The notes under the pieces: generated by a model | The model's input: the letters and a program-made list of their open reading frames with translations, nothing else | What the model was told of the DNA's origin: nothing | Database searches by the model: none | Assembly: GCA_034434975.1 (NCBI GenBank) | Contig: DAOTYP010000005.1 | Location: 1 to 49,413, forward strand | Reading direction: 5' to 3' | Source of the DNA: Anaerolineae bacterium | GTDB taxonomy: Bacteria > Chloroflexota > Anaerolineae > JADYZS01 | Length of the DNA: 49,413 nt | Program-made: the position numbers and the translations under genes | In this document: one piece after another, positions 1 through 8,812 of the stretch | How positions within the stretch are numbered: position 1 is the first letter of the stretch | How the letters are laid out: each line of letters begins with the position of its first letter

Positions 1-249
1 TTGGTCAGAGAGATCGCGTCCTGGGAAGACCTGAGGTGGGTTTCCCGGCGTGCAGGGGAATTGGGCTTCGCCGCCCCCGCTCCCGCAGAGACCCTCTACC
101 TGGCCCTAGAGCCTTCACCACAGACGGCGGCAGCCCCCCTGGCAGACCAGACAACCTCAGCCCTCTCGGGCATACGGCGCTGGCTGCCCCGGCTGAGGGC
201 CATCGTAGGGTCTCCCCCATCGCTGGCTGAAGCGCGTGCCTTGCCCTAA
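1..249 (+). CDS. 5'-truncated ORF; possible FtsL-type (septum formation initiator) C-terminus
   Basis: The frame is open to the window edge, with stop TAA at 247-249 and G/C-rich third positions. The block REIASWEDLRWVSRRAGELGFAAPAPAETLYLAL resembles the conserved ...A..ELG(M/F)..P...(Y/V)(L/V) tail of FtsL-like proteins. It sits immediately upstream of ftsI, where ftsL normally lies. Similarity was judged by eye only. Confidence 0.35.
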   Translation: MVREIASWEDLRWVSRRAGELGFAAPAPAETLYLALEPSPQTAAAPLADQTTSALSGIRRWLPRLRAIVGSPPSLAEARALP

Positions 250-345
250 ACACGGGGATATCCCCCTCGTCAAGGTGCGGCGACGGAACCTGGTCGGAGA
301 AGCCTTCGCCCACCTCTTTTTCTGCATTTTGGCTGGGGGCCACCA

Positions 346-2037
346 GTGGAAGATTACGCCGAATCACCGATCGTTGAACGCGTGCGTTGGGTCATCGGGA
401 GCCTATTCGTCCTGGCCCTGATCCTGACGATTCAACTGGTTCGCTGGCAATTGGTCGCCCGTTCCCAGGTGATCGTTGCGCCGGCGCCGACGCCGGCCCG
501 CCCGGCCGACGCGCCCCGGGGGGCTATCGTAGACCGGCGAGGGTACCTCTTCGCCACCGACGATTTCCGCTGGGAGGTGTACGCCTCGCCCAAGCGAATC
601 AATGACCGGCCCGGCCGCGCTGCCGAGATGGCGGCGACGCTCGCGCCCTACCTGCGCCAGAGCGAGGCCGACCTCCTGGCCCAACTCTCCAGCGACGCCG
701 ACGCCGTGCTCCTAGAAAGGAACGCCAACCTGATCACCGTGCAGGCCATCGCCGAGAAGAAGTACGATCCTCGTCTCCTCTGGGTAGATGCCGTGCGCGA
801 ACGGTTCTATCCCCAGGCAGGCTTGGGGGCGCACCTCATCGGTTTCGTGAACAGCAGCCGCAGCGGCTTCTACGGCGTGGAGGGGTTCTACGATCCCTTT
901 CTGCGCCTAGGTACCGTGCCGCTAGATCTGCAACGCTACCCCAGCCAAGAATTCACACCCAACCTGCACCTCCCCTCGCCTGCCGGGCACGACCTCGTCC
1001 TGACGATAGACCGTGCCGCGCAGTTCATCGTGGAGGAAGAGCTGCGTAAAGGCATCATAGAGTACGGCTCAGAATCGGGCACCATCATCGTGCTGGATCC
1101 GCGCACCGGCGCGATCCTGGCGATGGCCAGTTACCCTGCTTACAATCCTAATCAGCGTTACGCGGCGGATGAGCCGTACTTCATAGATCCGGCCATCGGC
1201 AGCGTCTATGAGCCCGGTTCAGCCTTCAAGGTCATCACCATCGCCTCGGCCCTGGATGCGGGCGCCGTCACCCCCCAAACGCGCGTTGAGGATACCGCCA
1301 AAATGATCGTCGGCGGACGCGAGATTAAAAACTTGGAAGAAAAAGGCTACGGGATGGTTACCATCACCGAGATCCTCGCCCGCTCGCTCAACGTCGGCGC
1401 GGCAAAGATCGCCCAGGAAATGGGCAAGGAGGCCTTCTACGCGGCGGTGCGCCGTTTCGGCTTCGGGGCCCCCACGGGCGTGGACCTGGATGGTGAAGTG
1501 TCGGGCCTCATCAAGTTGCCCGGCGAGGCCCAATGGAGCGAGTCAGAACTGGCCACCAATGCCTTCGGCCAAGGCGTCGCGGTAACCCCTCTGCAACTGG
1601 CGGTGGCCGTAGCCGCCATCGCCAACGAGGGCCAAATGATGCGTCCTCATGTGGCGGAAGCCCTCGTCGTGAAGGGGCGGCTCATCCCGATCCCGCCCTT
1701 CCCGGTGCGACAGGTGATCCGGCCGGAAACCGCCCGCACCTTCACCAAGATCTTGCTAGAAGCCACGGAGCAGGCCGCAGGCGGCCCTCTCGTGCCCGGC
1801 TACCATTTCGCAGGTAAAACGGGCACGGCTGAGATACCCGGCCAAGGCGCCTACCTGGCCGATCTGACCAAAGTGACTTTCGTGGGGTACGGCCCGGTGG
1901 AAGACCCGCGCTTCGTGATCTTGGTCAAATACGACAAGCCGAAGAAGTCCCACATGGCCCAACATGTGGCTTTGCCCGTGTTTAAAAGGGTGGCCCAGCG
2001 TTTAGTGGCTTTGATGGACATCCCGCCGGAGAAGTAG
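346..2037 (+). CDS. ftsI: Class B penicillin-binding protein / peptidoglycan D,D-transpeptidase FtsI
   Basis: 563-aa ORF with a GTG start. It has an N-terminal membrane anchor (VIGSLFVLALILTIQLV). Transpeptidase motifs are present: SxxK (SAFK), SxN (SLN) and KTG (KTGTA). It heads the mur/fts gene string. Confidence 0.9.
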   Translation: MEDYAESPIVERVRWVIGSLFVLALILTIQLVRWQLVARSQVIVAPAPTPARPADAPRGAIVDRRGYLFATDDFRWEVYASPKRINDRPGRAAEMAATLAPYLRQSEADLLAQLSSDADAVLLERNANLITVQAIAEKKYDPRLLWVDAVRERFYPQAGLGAHLIGFVNSSRSGFYGVEGFYDPFLRLGTVPLDLQRYPSQEFTPNLHLPSPAGHDLVLTIDRAAQFIVEEELRKGIIEYGSESGTIIVLDPRTGAILAMASYPAYNPNQRYAADEPYFIDPAIGSVYEPGSAFKVITIASALDAGAVTPQTRVEDTAKMIVGGREIKNLEEKGYGMVTITEILARSLNVGAAKIAQEMGKEAFYAAVRRFGFGAPTGVDLDGEVSGLIKLPGEAQWSESELATNAFGQGVAVTPLQLAVAVAAIANEGQMMRPHVAEALVVKGRLIPIPPFPVRQVIRPETARTFTKILLEATEQAAGGPLVPGYHFAGKTGTAEIPGQGAYLADLTKVTFVGYGPVEDPRFVILVKYDKPKKSHMAQHVALPVFKRVAQRLVALMDIPPEK

Positions 2038-2051
2038 ACGCACGAGGCGGT

Positions 2052-3467
2052 ATGCTTTCTATTCATGACCTCTGGAGAGCCCTAGGGGAGCAACCGCCCG
2101 AGGGCCTACCGGATCAACCGCTGTCCAACGTGGTGGTAGATTCACGCGAGGTGCAGCCCGGTGGCTGCTTCATCGCCCTGCCCGGCGAGCACCGCGACGG
2201 CCACGACTTTGTAGCCGACGCCTTCGGGCGAGGCGCGGTGGTGGCGGTGGTGCAACGAGACCCGGGGATAGGCTGTCCGGTCTTGAACCCGCGCAGCCCT
2301 ATTCCGGCAGGCCAGGTCGGGCTCCCGTTCTGCCTGCGGGTCGCGAACGGCATCGCTGCGCTGCAACAGATGGCCGCGTACTGGCGCTCTCGCTTCCGCC
2401 CGCGCGTGATCGGGATCACCGGCAGCGTCGGCAAGACCAGCACCAAGGAACTGGTTTACTCCGTCCTGCGCCAACGCTATCGCACGCTGCGCAGCGAGGG
2501 GAACCTGAACAACGAGATCGGCCTCCCGCTGACCTTGCTCCGCCTGAAGGCCGAGCACCAAGCGGTCGTGTTGGAGATGGGGATGTATGCCCTGGGCGAG
2601 ATCGCCACGCTCGCCGCCATCGCCAAGCCCCAGATCGGCATCATCACCAACGTCGGGCCCAGCCATCTGGAGCGCTTGGGGAGCCTGGAGAACATCGCCG
2701 CAGCCAAGGCTGAATTGGTAGAGGCGCTCCCTGCCGACGGCGTCGCCATCCTCAACGCAGACGATCCCTGGGTGCGTGCGATGGCCAAGAAAACCCAGGC
2801 GCAAGTGTTCACCTATGGCCTGGAGCCGGGCTGCGACCTGTGGGCCAGCGATATAGAGAGCCGCGGCTTGGAAGGAATTCGCTTCTACTTCCACCACGGC
2901 GACCAAGCCTTGCAGGTAAAGGTGCCCTTGTTGGGACGCCATAGCGTCCACACCGCGCTGCGGGCCGCGGCCGCAGGCCTGGTAACGGGGCTTTCATGGG
3001 AGGAGATCGTCGCGGGTCTGCAAAACGTAGGCGCACAACTGCGCCTCATCGCCGTCCCCGGCATCCATGGGACGACCCTGCTGGACGACACCTACAACGC
3101 CAGCCCCGCCTCCGGCATCGCCGCGCTCAACCTCCTGGCCGATTTGGAAGGGCGCCGCATCGCTGTCTTGGGCGACATGCTGGAACTGGGCGACTACGAG
3201 AAAGAGGGCCATCAGATGGTAGGCCTGCGCGCCGCGGATGTGGTGCAGAAGTTGGTGACCGTGGGCCCGCGCGCCCGTTGGATCGCCGAGGCCGCGCTGG
3301 CAGGCGGCATGAAGCGGGAAGACGTTTTCATCGCCGAAAACAACGACGCGGCCCTGATATACCTGAGCCAGATCGTGAGCCCAGGAGACATCATCCTGGT
3401 CAAAGGCTCGCGCGCGCTGGGCATGGAGTCCATCGTGGCCGCGTTCAGCCGCAGAACCGATGAATGA
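2052..3467 (+). CDS. murF: UDP-N-acetylmuramoyl-tripeptide--D-alanyl-D-alanine ligase
   Basis: 471-aa ORF with the Mur-ligase P-loop GITGSVGKTSTKE. MurF blocks are present: GNLNNEIGLPLTLL, EMGMYALGEI, NVGPSHLERLGS, DDTYNASP and LVKGSRALGME. Confidence 0.9.
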   Translation: MLSIHDLWRALGEQPPEGLPDQPLSNVVVDSREVQPGGCFIALPGEHRDGHDFVADAFGRGAVVAVVQRDPGIGCPVLNPRSPIPAGQVGLPFCLRVANGIAALQQMAAYWRSRFRPRVIGITGSVGKTSTKELVYSVLRQRYRTLRSEGNLNNEIGLPLTLLRLKAEHQAVVLEMGMYALGEIATLAAIAKPQIGIITNVGPSHLERLGSLENIAAAKAELVEALPADGVAILNADDPWVRAMAKKTQAQVFTYGLEPGCDLWASDIESRGLEGIRFYFHHGDQALQVKVPLLGRHSVHTALRAAAAGLVTGLSWEEIVAGLQNVGAQLRLIAVPGIHGTTLLDDTYNASPASGIAALNLLADLEGRRIAVLGDMLELGDYEKEGHQMVGLRAADVVQKLVTVGPRARWIAEAALAGGMKREDVFIAENNDAALIYLSQIVSPGDIILVKGSRALGMESIVAAFSRRTDE

Positions 3468-3531
3468 AACCGGGCCAGGCTTTGCGGGGCAGAACCTCGT
3501 CTCCGCAAGGAGCCTGTCTTAACGAACTATC

Positions 3532-4524
3532 ATGGCTTATCCGCTCACGTTAGGGACGATCGCTTTCTTCCTGGCGGTCATCTGGGGCCGCCCGTTGATC
3601 AACTTGCTGAAGCGCAATCGGATCGGCAAGCAGATTCGCATTGAGGGGCCGAGCACGCACCAGGTCAAAACCGGCACGCCGACGATGGGCGGCCTGATGA
3701 TCTTGATCCCGGTCATCCTCATCACTGTGGCGCTGAACGTCGGCAACCTGCTCGGCTTCAACCTGATCGGGCGCTCCATCCTGGTACCTTTGGGCGTGAT
3801 GATCATGTTCGGCACCTTGGGCGCGATAGACGACCTGCGGGGCGTGCGACGAAAACCGGGGCAAAACAACGGCCAAGGGCTGCTGGCGCGGTTCAAGTTC
3901 GCCTGGCAACTCCTCTTCGCCCTGGCGACCGCGCTCACGCTTCATTTTCGGCTTGACCTGCGGAGCGTCGCGCTGCCGGGCGTGCAAGAGAAGATAGACA
4001 TCGGGCTATGGTACATTCCCATCGCGACCCTGTTCATCGTCGGCTGGTCCAACGCCGTGAACCTGGCCGATGGGCTGGATGCGCTGGCCGGCAGCATGGC
4101 CGCCCTCAGTTTCGCTGCCTACGGCATCATCGCCTTCCTGCAAGGGCAGTTATGGCTGGTCGCCTTCTGCTTCACCGTCGTCGGCGCGATCTTGGCCTTC
4201 CTGTGGTACAATGCGCACCCGGCAGAACTCTTCATGGGCGACACCGGCGCGCTGGCCTTGGGCGCGACCCTGGCCGTCGTGGCCCTCATGACCGGCCAAT
4301 GGCTTCTTTTGCCCGTGGTGGGCTTCATGTTCGTATCCGAGACGCTGTCGGTCATCTTGCAGGTAGTGTACTTCAAGGTCACCAAAGGCAAACGCCTCTT
4401 CAAGATGGCCCCGCTGCACCACCACTTTGAACTCTTGGGCTGGTCGGAAACGCAGGTGCAGCAGCGTTTTTGGCTGGTGAGCGTCTTAACGGCGATGCTC
4501 GGCGTCGCCCTGGCGCTGATCTGA
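3532..4524 (+). CDS. mraY: Phospho-N-acetylmuramoyl-pentapeptide transferase
   Basis: 330-aa polytopic membrane ORF. MraY signatures are present: NAVNLADGLDALAG, MGDTGALALG and MAPLHHHFELLGW. Confidence 0.95.
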   Translation: MAYPLTLGTIAFFLAVIWGRPLINLLKRNRIGKQIRIEGPSTHQVKTGTPTMGGLMILIPVILITVALNVGNLLGFNLIGRSILVPLGVMIMFGTLGAIDDLRGVRRKPGQNNGQGLLARFKFAWQLLFALATALTLHFRLDLRSVALPGVQEKIDIGLWYIPIATLFIVGWSNAVNLADGLDALAGSMAALSFAAYGIIAFLQGQLWLVAFCFTVVGAILAFLWYNAHPAELFMGDTGALALGATLAVVALMTGQWLLLPVVGFMFVSETLSVILQVVYFKVTKGKRLFKMAPLHHHFELLGWSETQVQQRFWLVSVLTAMLGVALALI

Positions 4525-4541
4525 GGGAGCACGGAGCAACG

Positions 4542-4967
4542 ATGTACGACGCTCCCTTCCCGCGCCAGGACGGCAACGACGAGGCCGATCGCCTCTTGGA
4601 GGCGTTGAAACCGGTTGAGGCTGCGCTGGCGGAGGCCTTGGCGCAAGGAGACGAGACCACCGCGCTGAGGATGGCACGGAAAGCGTTAGAGGTTGCCGGA
4701 GAGATGTCGCGTCCACCTGATCTGCTGCCCGACGACCTGGCCTGGGTGCAGGCTCTCGTTTTAGATTTCGAGCCGAGGCTGCTGATCGCCCTGGCCGATG
4801 CAACGCTGGCCGTCCATGAGGGATTCGGCCTGCGGATCGCGCACTGGTCGGGCGCGGTGGAGGCCGACGCGGCATGGGGCCTAGCGCGCCGTTTCGCCGC
4901 CTCCCCTTATGCCGGTCAGGCCGAGTGGCATCTGCCGGATGCCGGAAAGCCGTTGCTAGAGCCATGA
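4542..4967 (+). CDS. Hypothetical acidic cytoplasmic protein (141 aa) embedded between mraY and murD
   Basis: SD GGAG at 4533-4536 lies 5 nt before ATG 4542. Third positions are G/C-rich throughout. The stop overlaps the murD start as ATGA (4964-4967). No TM segment and no motif I recognise. The ORF-track start at 4470 would overlap the mraY 3' end, so I prefer 4542. Confidence 0.5.
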   Translation: MYDAPFPRQDGNDEADRLLEALKPVEAALAEALAQGDETTALRMARKALEVAGEMSRPPDLLPDDLAWVQALVLDFEPRLLIALADATLAVHEGFGLRIAHWSGAVEADAAWGLARRFAASPYAGQAEWHLPDAGKPLLEP

Positions 4968-6349
4968 ACAGGTTGCCTCCGGACCCCTTGTGGGGAAAAC
5001 GCGTGACGGTGATCGGCCTGGCGCGACAGGGGATCGCGTTGGTGCGCTTCCTGACCCGCGTCGGCGCGCAAGTAACGGTGACTGACCTCAAGCCTGCGGA
5101 GGCGCTGGCTGACGCGCTGGCGCAACTCGCGGGCTTCCCCGCCCGCTACGTGCTGGGCGGGCACCCTGAGGAGGTGCTGGAGGGCTGCGACCTTCTGTGC
5201 CTGAGCGGCGGCGTCTCGCCTGACATCCCCATAGTGCGGGAGGCGCGGCGGCGCGGCATCCGCCTGAGCAACGACGCGCTCTTGACGCTGGAACGCTCCC
5301 CTGCCGCCATCATCGGCATCACCGGCTCCAGCGGCAAGACCACCACTACCACTTTAGTAGGGGAGATGCTGAAGGCCGCCGGCTTTCGCACCTGGGTCGG
5401 AGGGAACATCGGCCTGCCGCTGGTGGACTCCTTAGGCGAGATCCGGCGCGGCGACCTGGTGGTCATGGAACTGTCTAGTTTCCAAACGGAACTGTTTGAC
5501 CGCAGCCCCCACGTCGCGGCCATTCTGAACATCACGCCCAATCATCTGGACCGCCACCCCTCTATGGAGGCCTACGTGGCGGCCAAGGCCAACATCTTGC
5601 GCTTCCAGCAGGCAGGTGATGTGGCCGTGTTGGGATACGACAACGCCGCGACGCGGCAGATGCTGGAAGCAGGAACCCCCGCCACCGCGCTCGCCTTCAG
5701 CACCATAAGCGAGGTGCCTGCGGGCGCGTTCCTGCGCGACGAGACGCTCGTGCTGCGCCTGCATGGCCGCGAGGAAGCCATTTGCCGCCGCAGCGAGGTG
5801 CGCCTGCGGGGGATGCACAACGTGCAGAACCTGTTGGCCGCGGCCTGCTTGGCAGGCGCCGTGGGCGCGCCCCTGCCGGCCATCGCGCGGGTAGCCCGCT
5901 CCTTCGCCGGCGTGGAGCACCGTTTGGAGTTCGTGCGCACCTGGCGCGGCGCCCACTGGTACAACGACTCCATCGCTACCACGCCGGAACGGGTGGTCGC
6001 CGCGCTTCGCTCCTTCACGGAGCCCATCGTCCTCCTGGCAGGCGGACGGGATAAACACCTGCCCTGGGACGAGTTTGCTGAGGTCGCCTGCGAGCGGACG
6101 CGCTACCTCATCCTCTTCGGGGAGGCGGCGGGCTTGATCCAACGCGCGCTCGCGGAGAAAGCGACGAGCAGAAAGCCGGAGATCCGTCGCTGCACGACGC
6201 TGGAGGAGGCGGTGCAGGCAGCCGCGGAGGTCGCCCAACCGGGCGATGTCGTATTGTTGTCGCCGGGCGGCACCAGTTTTGACGCTTTTCGGGATTTCGC
6301 CGAACGGGGCGAACGGTTCAAGACGCTGGCGCGTTCGCTCCCCGAGTAG
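4964..6349 (+). CDS. murD: UDP-N-acetylmuramoylalanine--D-glutamate ligase
   Basis: The frame is open from 4874, but ATG 4964 gives the canonical N-terminus (KRVTVIGLARQGIALVRFL Rossmann loop). P-loop GITGSSGKTTTTTL is present. The C-terminal block LLSPGGTSFDAFRDFAERGERF is typical of MurD. Confidence 0.9.
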   Translation: MNRLPPDPLWGKRVTVIGLARQGIALVRFLTRVGAQVTVTDLKPAEALADALAQLAGFPARYVLGGHPEEVLEGCDLLCLSGGVSPDIPIVREARRRGIRLSNDALLTLERSPAAIIGITGSSGKTTTTTLVGEMLKAAGFRTWVGGNIGLPLVDSLGEIRRGDLVVMELSSFQTELFDRSPHVAAILNITPNHLDRHPSMEAYVAAKANILRFQQAGDVAVLGYDNAATRQMLEAGTPATALAFSTISEVPAGAFLRDETLVLRLHGREEAICRRSEVRLRGMHNVQNLLAAACLAGAVGAPLPAIARVARSFAGVEHRLEFVRTWRGAHWYNDSIATTPERVVAALRSFTEPIVLLAGGRDKHLPWDEFAEVACERTRYLILFGEAAGLIQRALAEKATSRKPEIRRCTTLEEAVQAAAEVAQPGDVVLLSPGGTSFDAFRDFAERGERFKTLARSLPE

Positions 6350-6373
6350 GCTATCCAGGAGACGAGGAGAGAG

Positions 6374-7786
6374 ATGCCTCGTAAGAAGCGCAGAGAATCC
6401 ACAGCCGCCGCGTGGGCCCCGCCCATCGGACGGCTGCCGAGCGGTCAAGCCCTTCCCAGAGTGGAAAGCACACCCTCTCGGCCTGCCGTCCGCGCCCCGG
6501 CCGCGCCATCCCGCCGCCGCAGTGAGGCGCGCCCCACCACCCTCATGGGTTGGCTCCAAGCTGCCCTGAGAGATTACGACCAACCCCTCTTGATCGTCGT
6601 GGGCACGCTGTTGATGCTGGGCCTCATCATGGTTTACAGCTCCAGCTTCTCCTACGCCTACGCCCTCTTTGAGCAAAGCGCTTATTTCTTCACCCGGCAA
6701 CTCATGTGGGCCGGGATAGGTCTCATGACCCTCGTCTTCTTCATGTGGGTAGATTACCACCTCTGGCAACGGCTGGCCGTAGCGATCCTGTTCGGTATGC
6801 TGGGCCTCCTCATCCTGCCCCTCATCGTGAACGCCGCCAACTTCGGCGCCGCGCAGTCGTTGCTGCGCTCCGGCTCCGTCCAACCCAGCGAGGCGGCTAA
6901 ACTCGGCCTGGTCATCTACAACGCCGCCTGGCTGGCCTCTAAAGGAGAGCGGCTGCGAGAACTGGGCACCGGCTTGATCCCCTACGCCATCATCCTGGCA
7001 GGGGTGGACGGTTTGGTCATCATGGAACCCGATTTCGGCACGGCCATTCTCCTCTTCATCATCGCGGCGGCGATGTTCTTCATCGCCGGCGCCGAGATCA
7101 AACAACTGGCGATCGGCTCGTTGCTCAGCGTTTCCGCGCTGGCCTTCTTCATCAGCCGCTCGGCCCATGCTATGCAAAGGGTGCGCGACTTCATCGCCAC
7201 GGTGAAAGACCCGCTCCACGGCGGCAGTTACCATGTGCAACAACTGATTCGGGCCTTAGCCGAGGGCGGCTTCTTGGGCCGGGGCATCGGCCAGAGCCAG
7301 ATCAAAGGCCCGGGCGGCGTGCCGCTGCCGTGGAGCGACAGCATCTTTGCCATCCTGGGCAACGAGTTGGGGCTTTTGGGCTCCCTTTTCGTCCTGGGCC
7401 TTTTCCTGATGCTGGCCTATCGGGGGTTGCGCATCACCCTGAACGCCCCCGACAAGGATCACTTCGGCGGCCTTTTGGCCTTTGGCATCACCTGCTGGCT
7501 GGTCTCACAGGCTTTCATCAACATCGCGGTCATCACGGCCACGGCCCCGTTGACCGGCATGACGCTTCCCTTCATCAGTTTTGGTGGCTCGTCGCTGGTC
7601 ACCTCGTTGGCCGGTGTCGGCATACTGCTCAACATCTCGCGCGCGGGCAATCGGAAGGACGCAGACGATGCGCCTGCTGGTCTCTGGCGGTGGAACAGGG
7701 GGACACGTTTATCCGGCTCTGGCCGTGATCCAGAGCCTACGCCGTCGGCTGACTGGCGTGCCATCCCCCCGCGGCGGAGTCGCTGA
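6374..7786 (+). CDS. ftsW: SEDS-family peptidoglycan glycosyltransferase FtsW
   Basis: A strong SD (GGAGACGAGGAGAGAG) precedes ATG 6374. A basic N-terminal tail of about 58 aa precedes a polytopic SEDS core (MEPDFGTAILLF, TLPFISFGGSSLV). The 3' 119 nt overlap murG in another frame. Confidence 0.85.
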   Translation: MPRKKRRESTAAAWAPPIGRLPSGQALPRVESTPSRPAVRAPAAPSRRRSEARPTTLMGWLQAALRDYDQPLLIVVGTLLMLGLIMVYSSSFSYAYALFEQSAYFFTRQLMWAGIGLMTLVFFMWVDYHLWQRLAVAILFGMLGLLILPLIVNAANFGAAQSLLRSGSVQPSEAAKLGLVIYNAAWLASKGERLRELGTGLIPYAIILAGVDGLVIMEPDFGTAILLFIIAAAMFFIAGAEIKQLAIGSLLSVSALAFFISRSAHAMQRVRDFIATVKDPLHGGSYHVQQLIRALAEGGFLGRGIGQSQIKGPGGVPLPWSDSIFAILGNELGLLGSLFVLGLFLMLAYRGLRITLNAPDKDHFGGLLAFGITCWLVSQAFINIAVITATAPLTGMTLPFISFGGSSLVTSLAGVGILLNISRAGNRKDADDAPAGLWRWNRGTRLSGSGRDPEPTPSADWRAIPPRRSR

Positions 7787-8810
7787 AGAGGAACTGGAAA
7801 CCCTCTTCGTCGGGAGCGCGGGCGGTGTGGAAGAGGGTTTGGTGAAAAGGGCCGGCCTTCCCTTTGCCGCCATCGCCGCCGGTGGGTTGCATGGGTTGGC
7901 TCCCTGGGCCGCCGCCCGCAACGCGGTCAAACTGGCCCAAGGGACGTGGCAGGCCTGGCGCGTCGTTCGCGCCTTCCGGCCCGATGCGCTCTTGTTGACG
8001 GGCGGCTACGTCGGTGTCCCCGTCGCGCTGGCGGCCTGGCTTGGCCGGGTGCCGTCCCTCGTGTACCTGCCCGACATTGAGCCCGCGCTTTCGGTGCGGG
8101 CGATGGCACGGCTGGCGCGCCGGGTCGCGGTAACGGCCCCCGTCTCGCGGCGGCATTTTCCGCCAGGCAAGGTAGCGGTGACGGGTTATCCCGTGCGCCC
8201 TGAGTTGCAGGGCGTGGACCGCCAGGCCGCCCGCCAGGCCTTGGGGTTAGACGCGGATGGACTGGTGCTCCTGGTCTTCGGCGGCAGCCGTGGGGCGCGC
8301 AGCATCAATCGGGCGCTGGCGGCGAACCTGGAGCCTCTGCTGGCCCTTTGCCAAGTCGTGCACATCAGCGGTGCGCTGGATGCCGAGGAGGCGCAAGCCC
8401 GACGCGCGGCCCTGCCGGAGACTTTGCGGATGCGGTATCACCTGTACGCTTACCTGCACGAGGAGATGGGCTACGCCCTCGCCGCGGCCGACTTGGCCGT
8501 GTCGCGGGCCGGCGCCTCTACCCTGGGCGAGTTCCCGCTCTTCGGGCTGCCGGCGGTGCTGGTCCCTTACCCATACGCCTGGCGCTACCAGAAGGTCAAC
8601 GCAGACTATCTGGTGGCGCAGGGCTGTGCCTGTCGGCTGGACGACGACAAACTGGCGACCGACCTGTTGCCGCTCCTGCGGGAACTGCTGTCGGATCGCG
8701 AACGGCTGATGGAGATGGGCCGGCGGGCGCGCGCGCTGGCCAGGCCCGACGCAGCGGAGCGCCTTGCCGATGAACTGCGGTCGCTGGTAAAGGCCGAGGC
8801 GGTTGGCTGA
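7668..8810 (+). CDS. murG: UDP-GlcNAc:lipid I N-acetylglucosaminyltransferase
   Basis: ATG 7668 is preceded by GGAAGGA and gives the canonical N-terminus MRLLVSGGGTGGHVYPALAV. The C-terminal half carries SRAGASTLGEFPLFGLPAVLVPYP. The ORF-track start at 7581 is rejected as a frame extension. Confidence 0.9.
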   Translation: MRLLVSGGGTGGHVYPALAVIQSLRRRLTGVPSPRGGVAEEELETLFVGSAGGVEEGLVKRAGLPFAAIAAGGLHGLAPWAAARNAVKLAQGTWQAWRVVRAFRPDALLLTGGYVGVPVALAAWLGRVPSLVYLPDIEPALSVRAMARLARRVAVTAPVSRRHFPPGKVAVTGYPVRPELQGVDRQAARQALGLDADGLVLLVFGGSRGARSINRALAANLEPLLALCQVVHISGALDAEEAQARRAALPETLRMRYHLYAYLHEEMGYALAAADLAVSRAGASTLGEFPLFGLPAVLVPYPYAWRYQKVNADYLVAQGCACRLDDDKLATDLLPLLRELLSDRERLMEMGRRARALARPDAAERLADELRSLVKAEAVG

Positions 8811-8812
8811 CC

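Noticed and set aside
254-265. Perfect 12-bp palindrome GGGGATATCCCC just after the first ORF's stop.
   Set aside because: It is too short to form a stable terminator. It has no U-tract, no second copy in the window and no known operator match, so it is possibly chance.
4874-4963. Longer ORF-track N-termini for murD (4874), the mraY-murD ORF (4470), murG (7581), murC (9815), ddl (12320), nrdR (18413), nagA (23624), the MBL hydrolase (26746), the TPR protein (27408), the L,D-transpeptidase (31905), arsR (36498) and the cupredoxin (36549).
   Set aside because: The extensions run through upstream genes, promoters or terminators. They lack family-typical N-termini. Internal starts with an SD or overlap-coupling (ATGA/GTGA) reproduce the canonical N-termini.
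5432-7243. 603-aa ORF antisense to murD/ftsW. Similar long shadow ORFs occur at 2142-2951(-), 9528-10196(-), 26575-27186(-) and 42311-43090(-).
   Set aside because: The sense strand carries unmistakable conserved genes. The antisense translations are Arg/Gly/Ala/Pro-rich low-complexity strings with no motifs, which is the usual stop-codon-poor shadow of GC-rich coding DNA.
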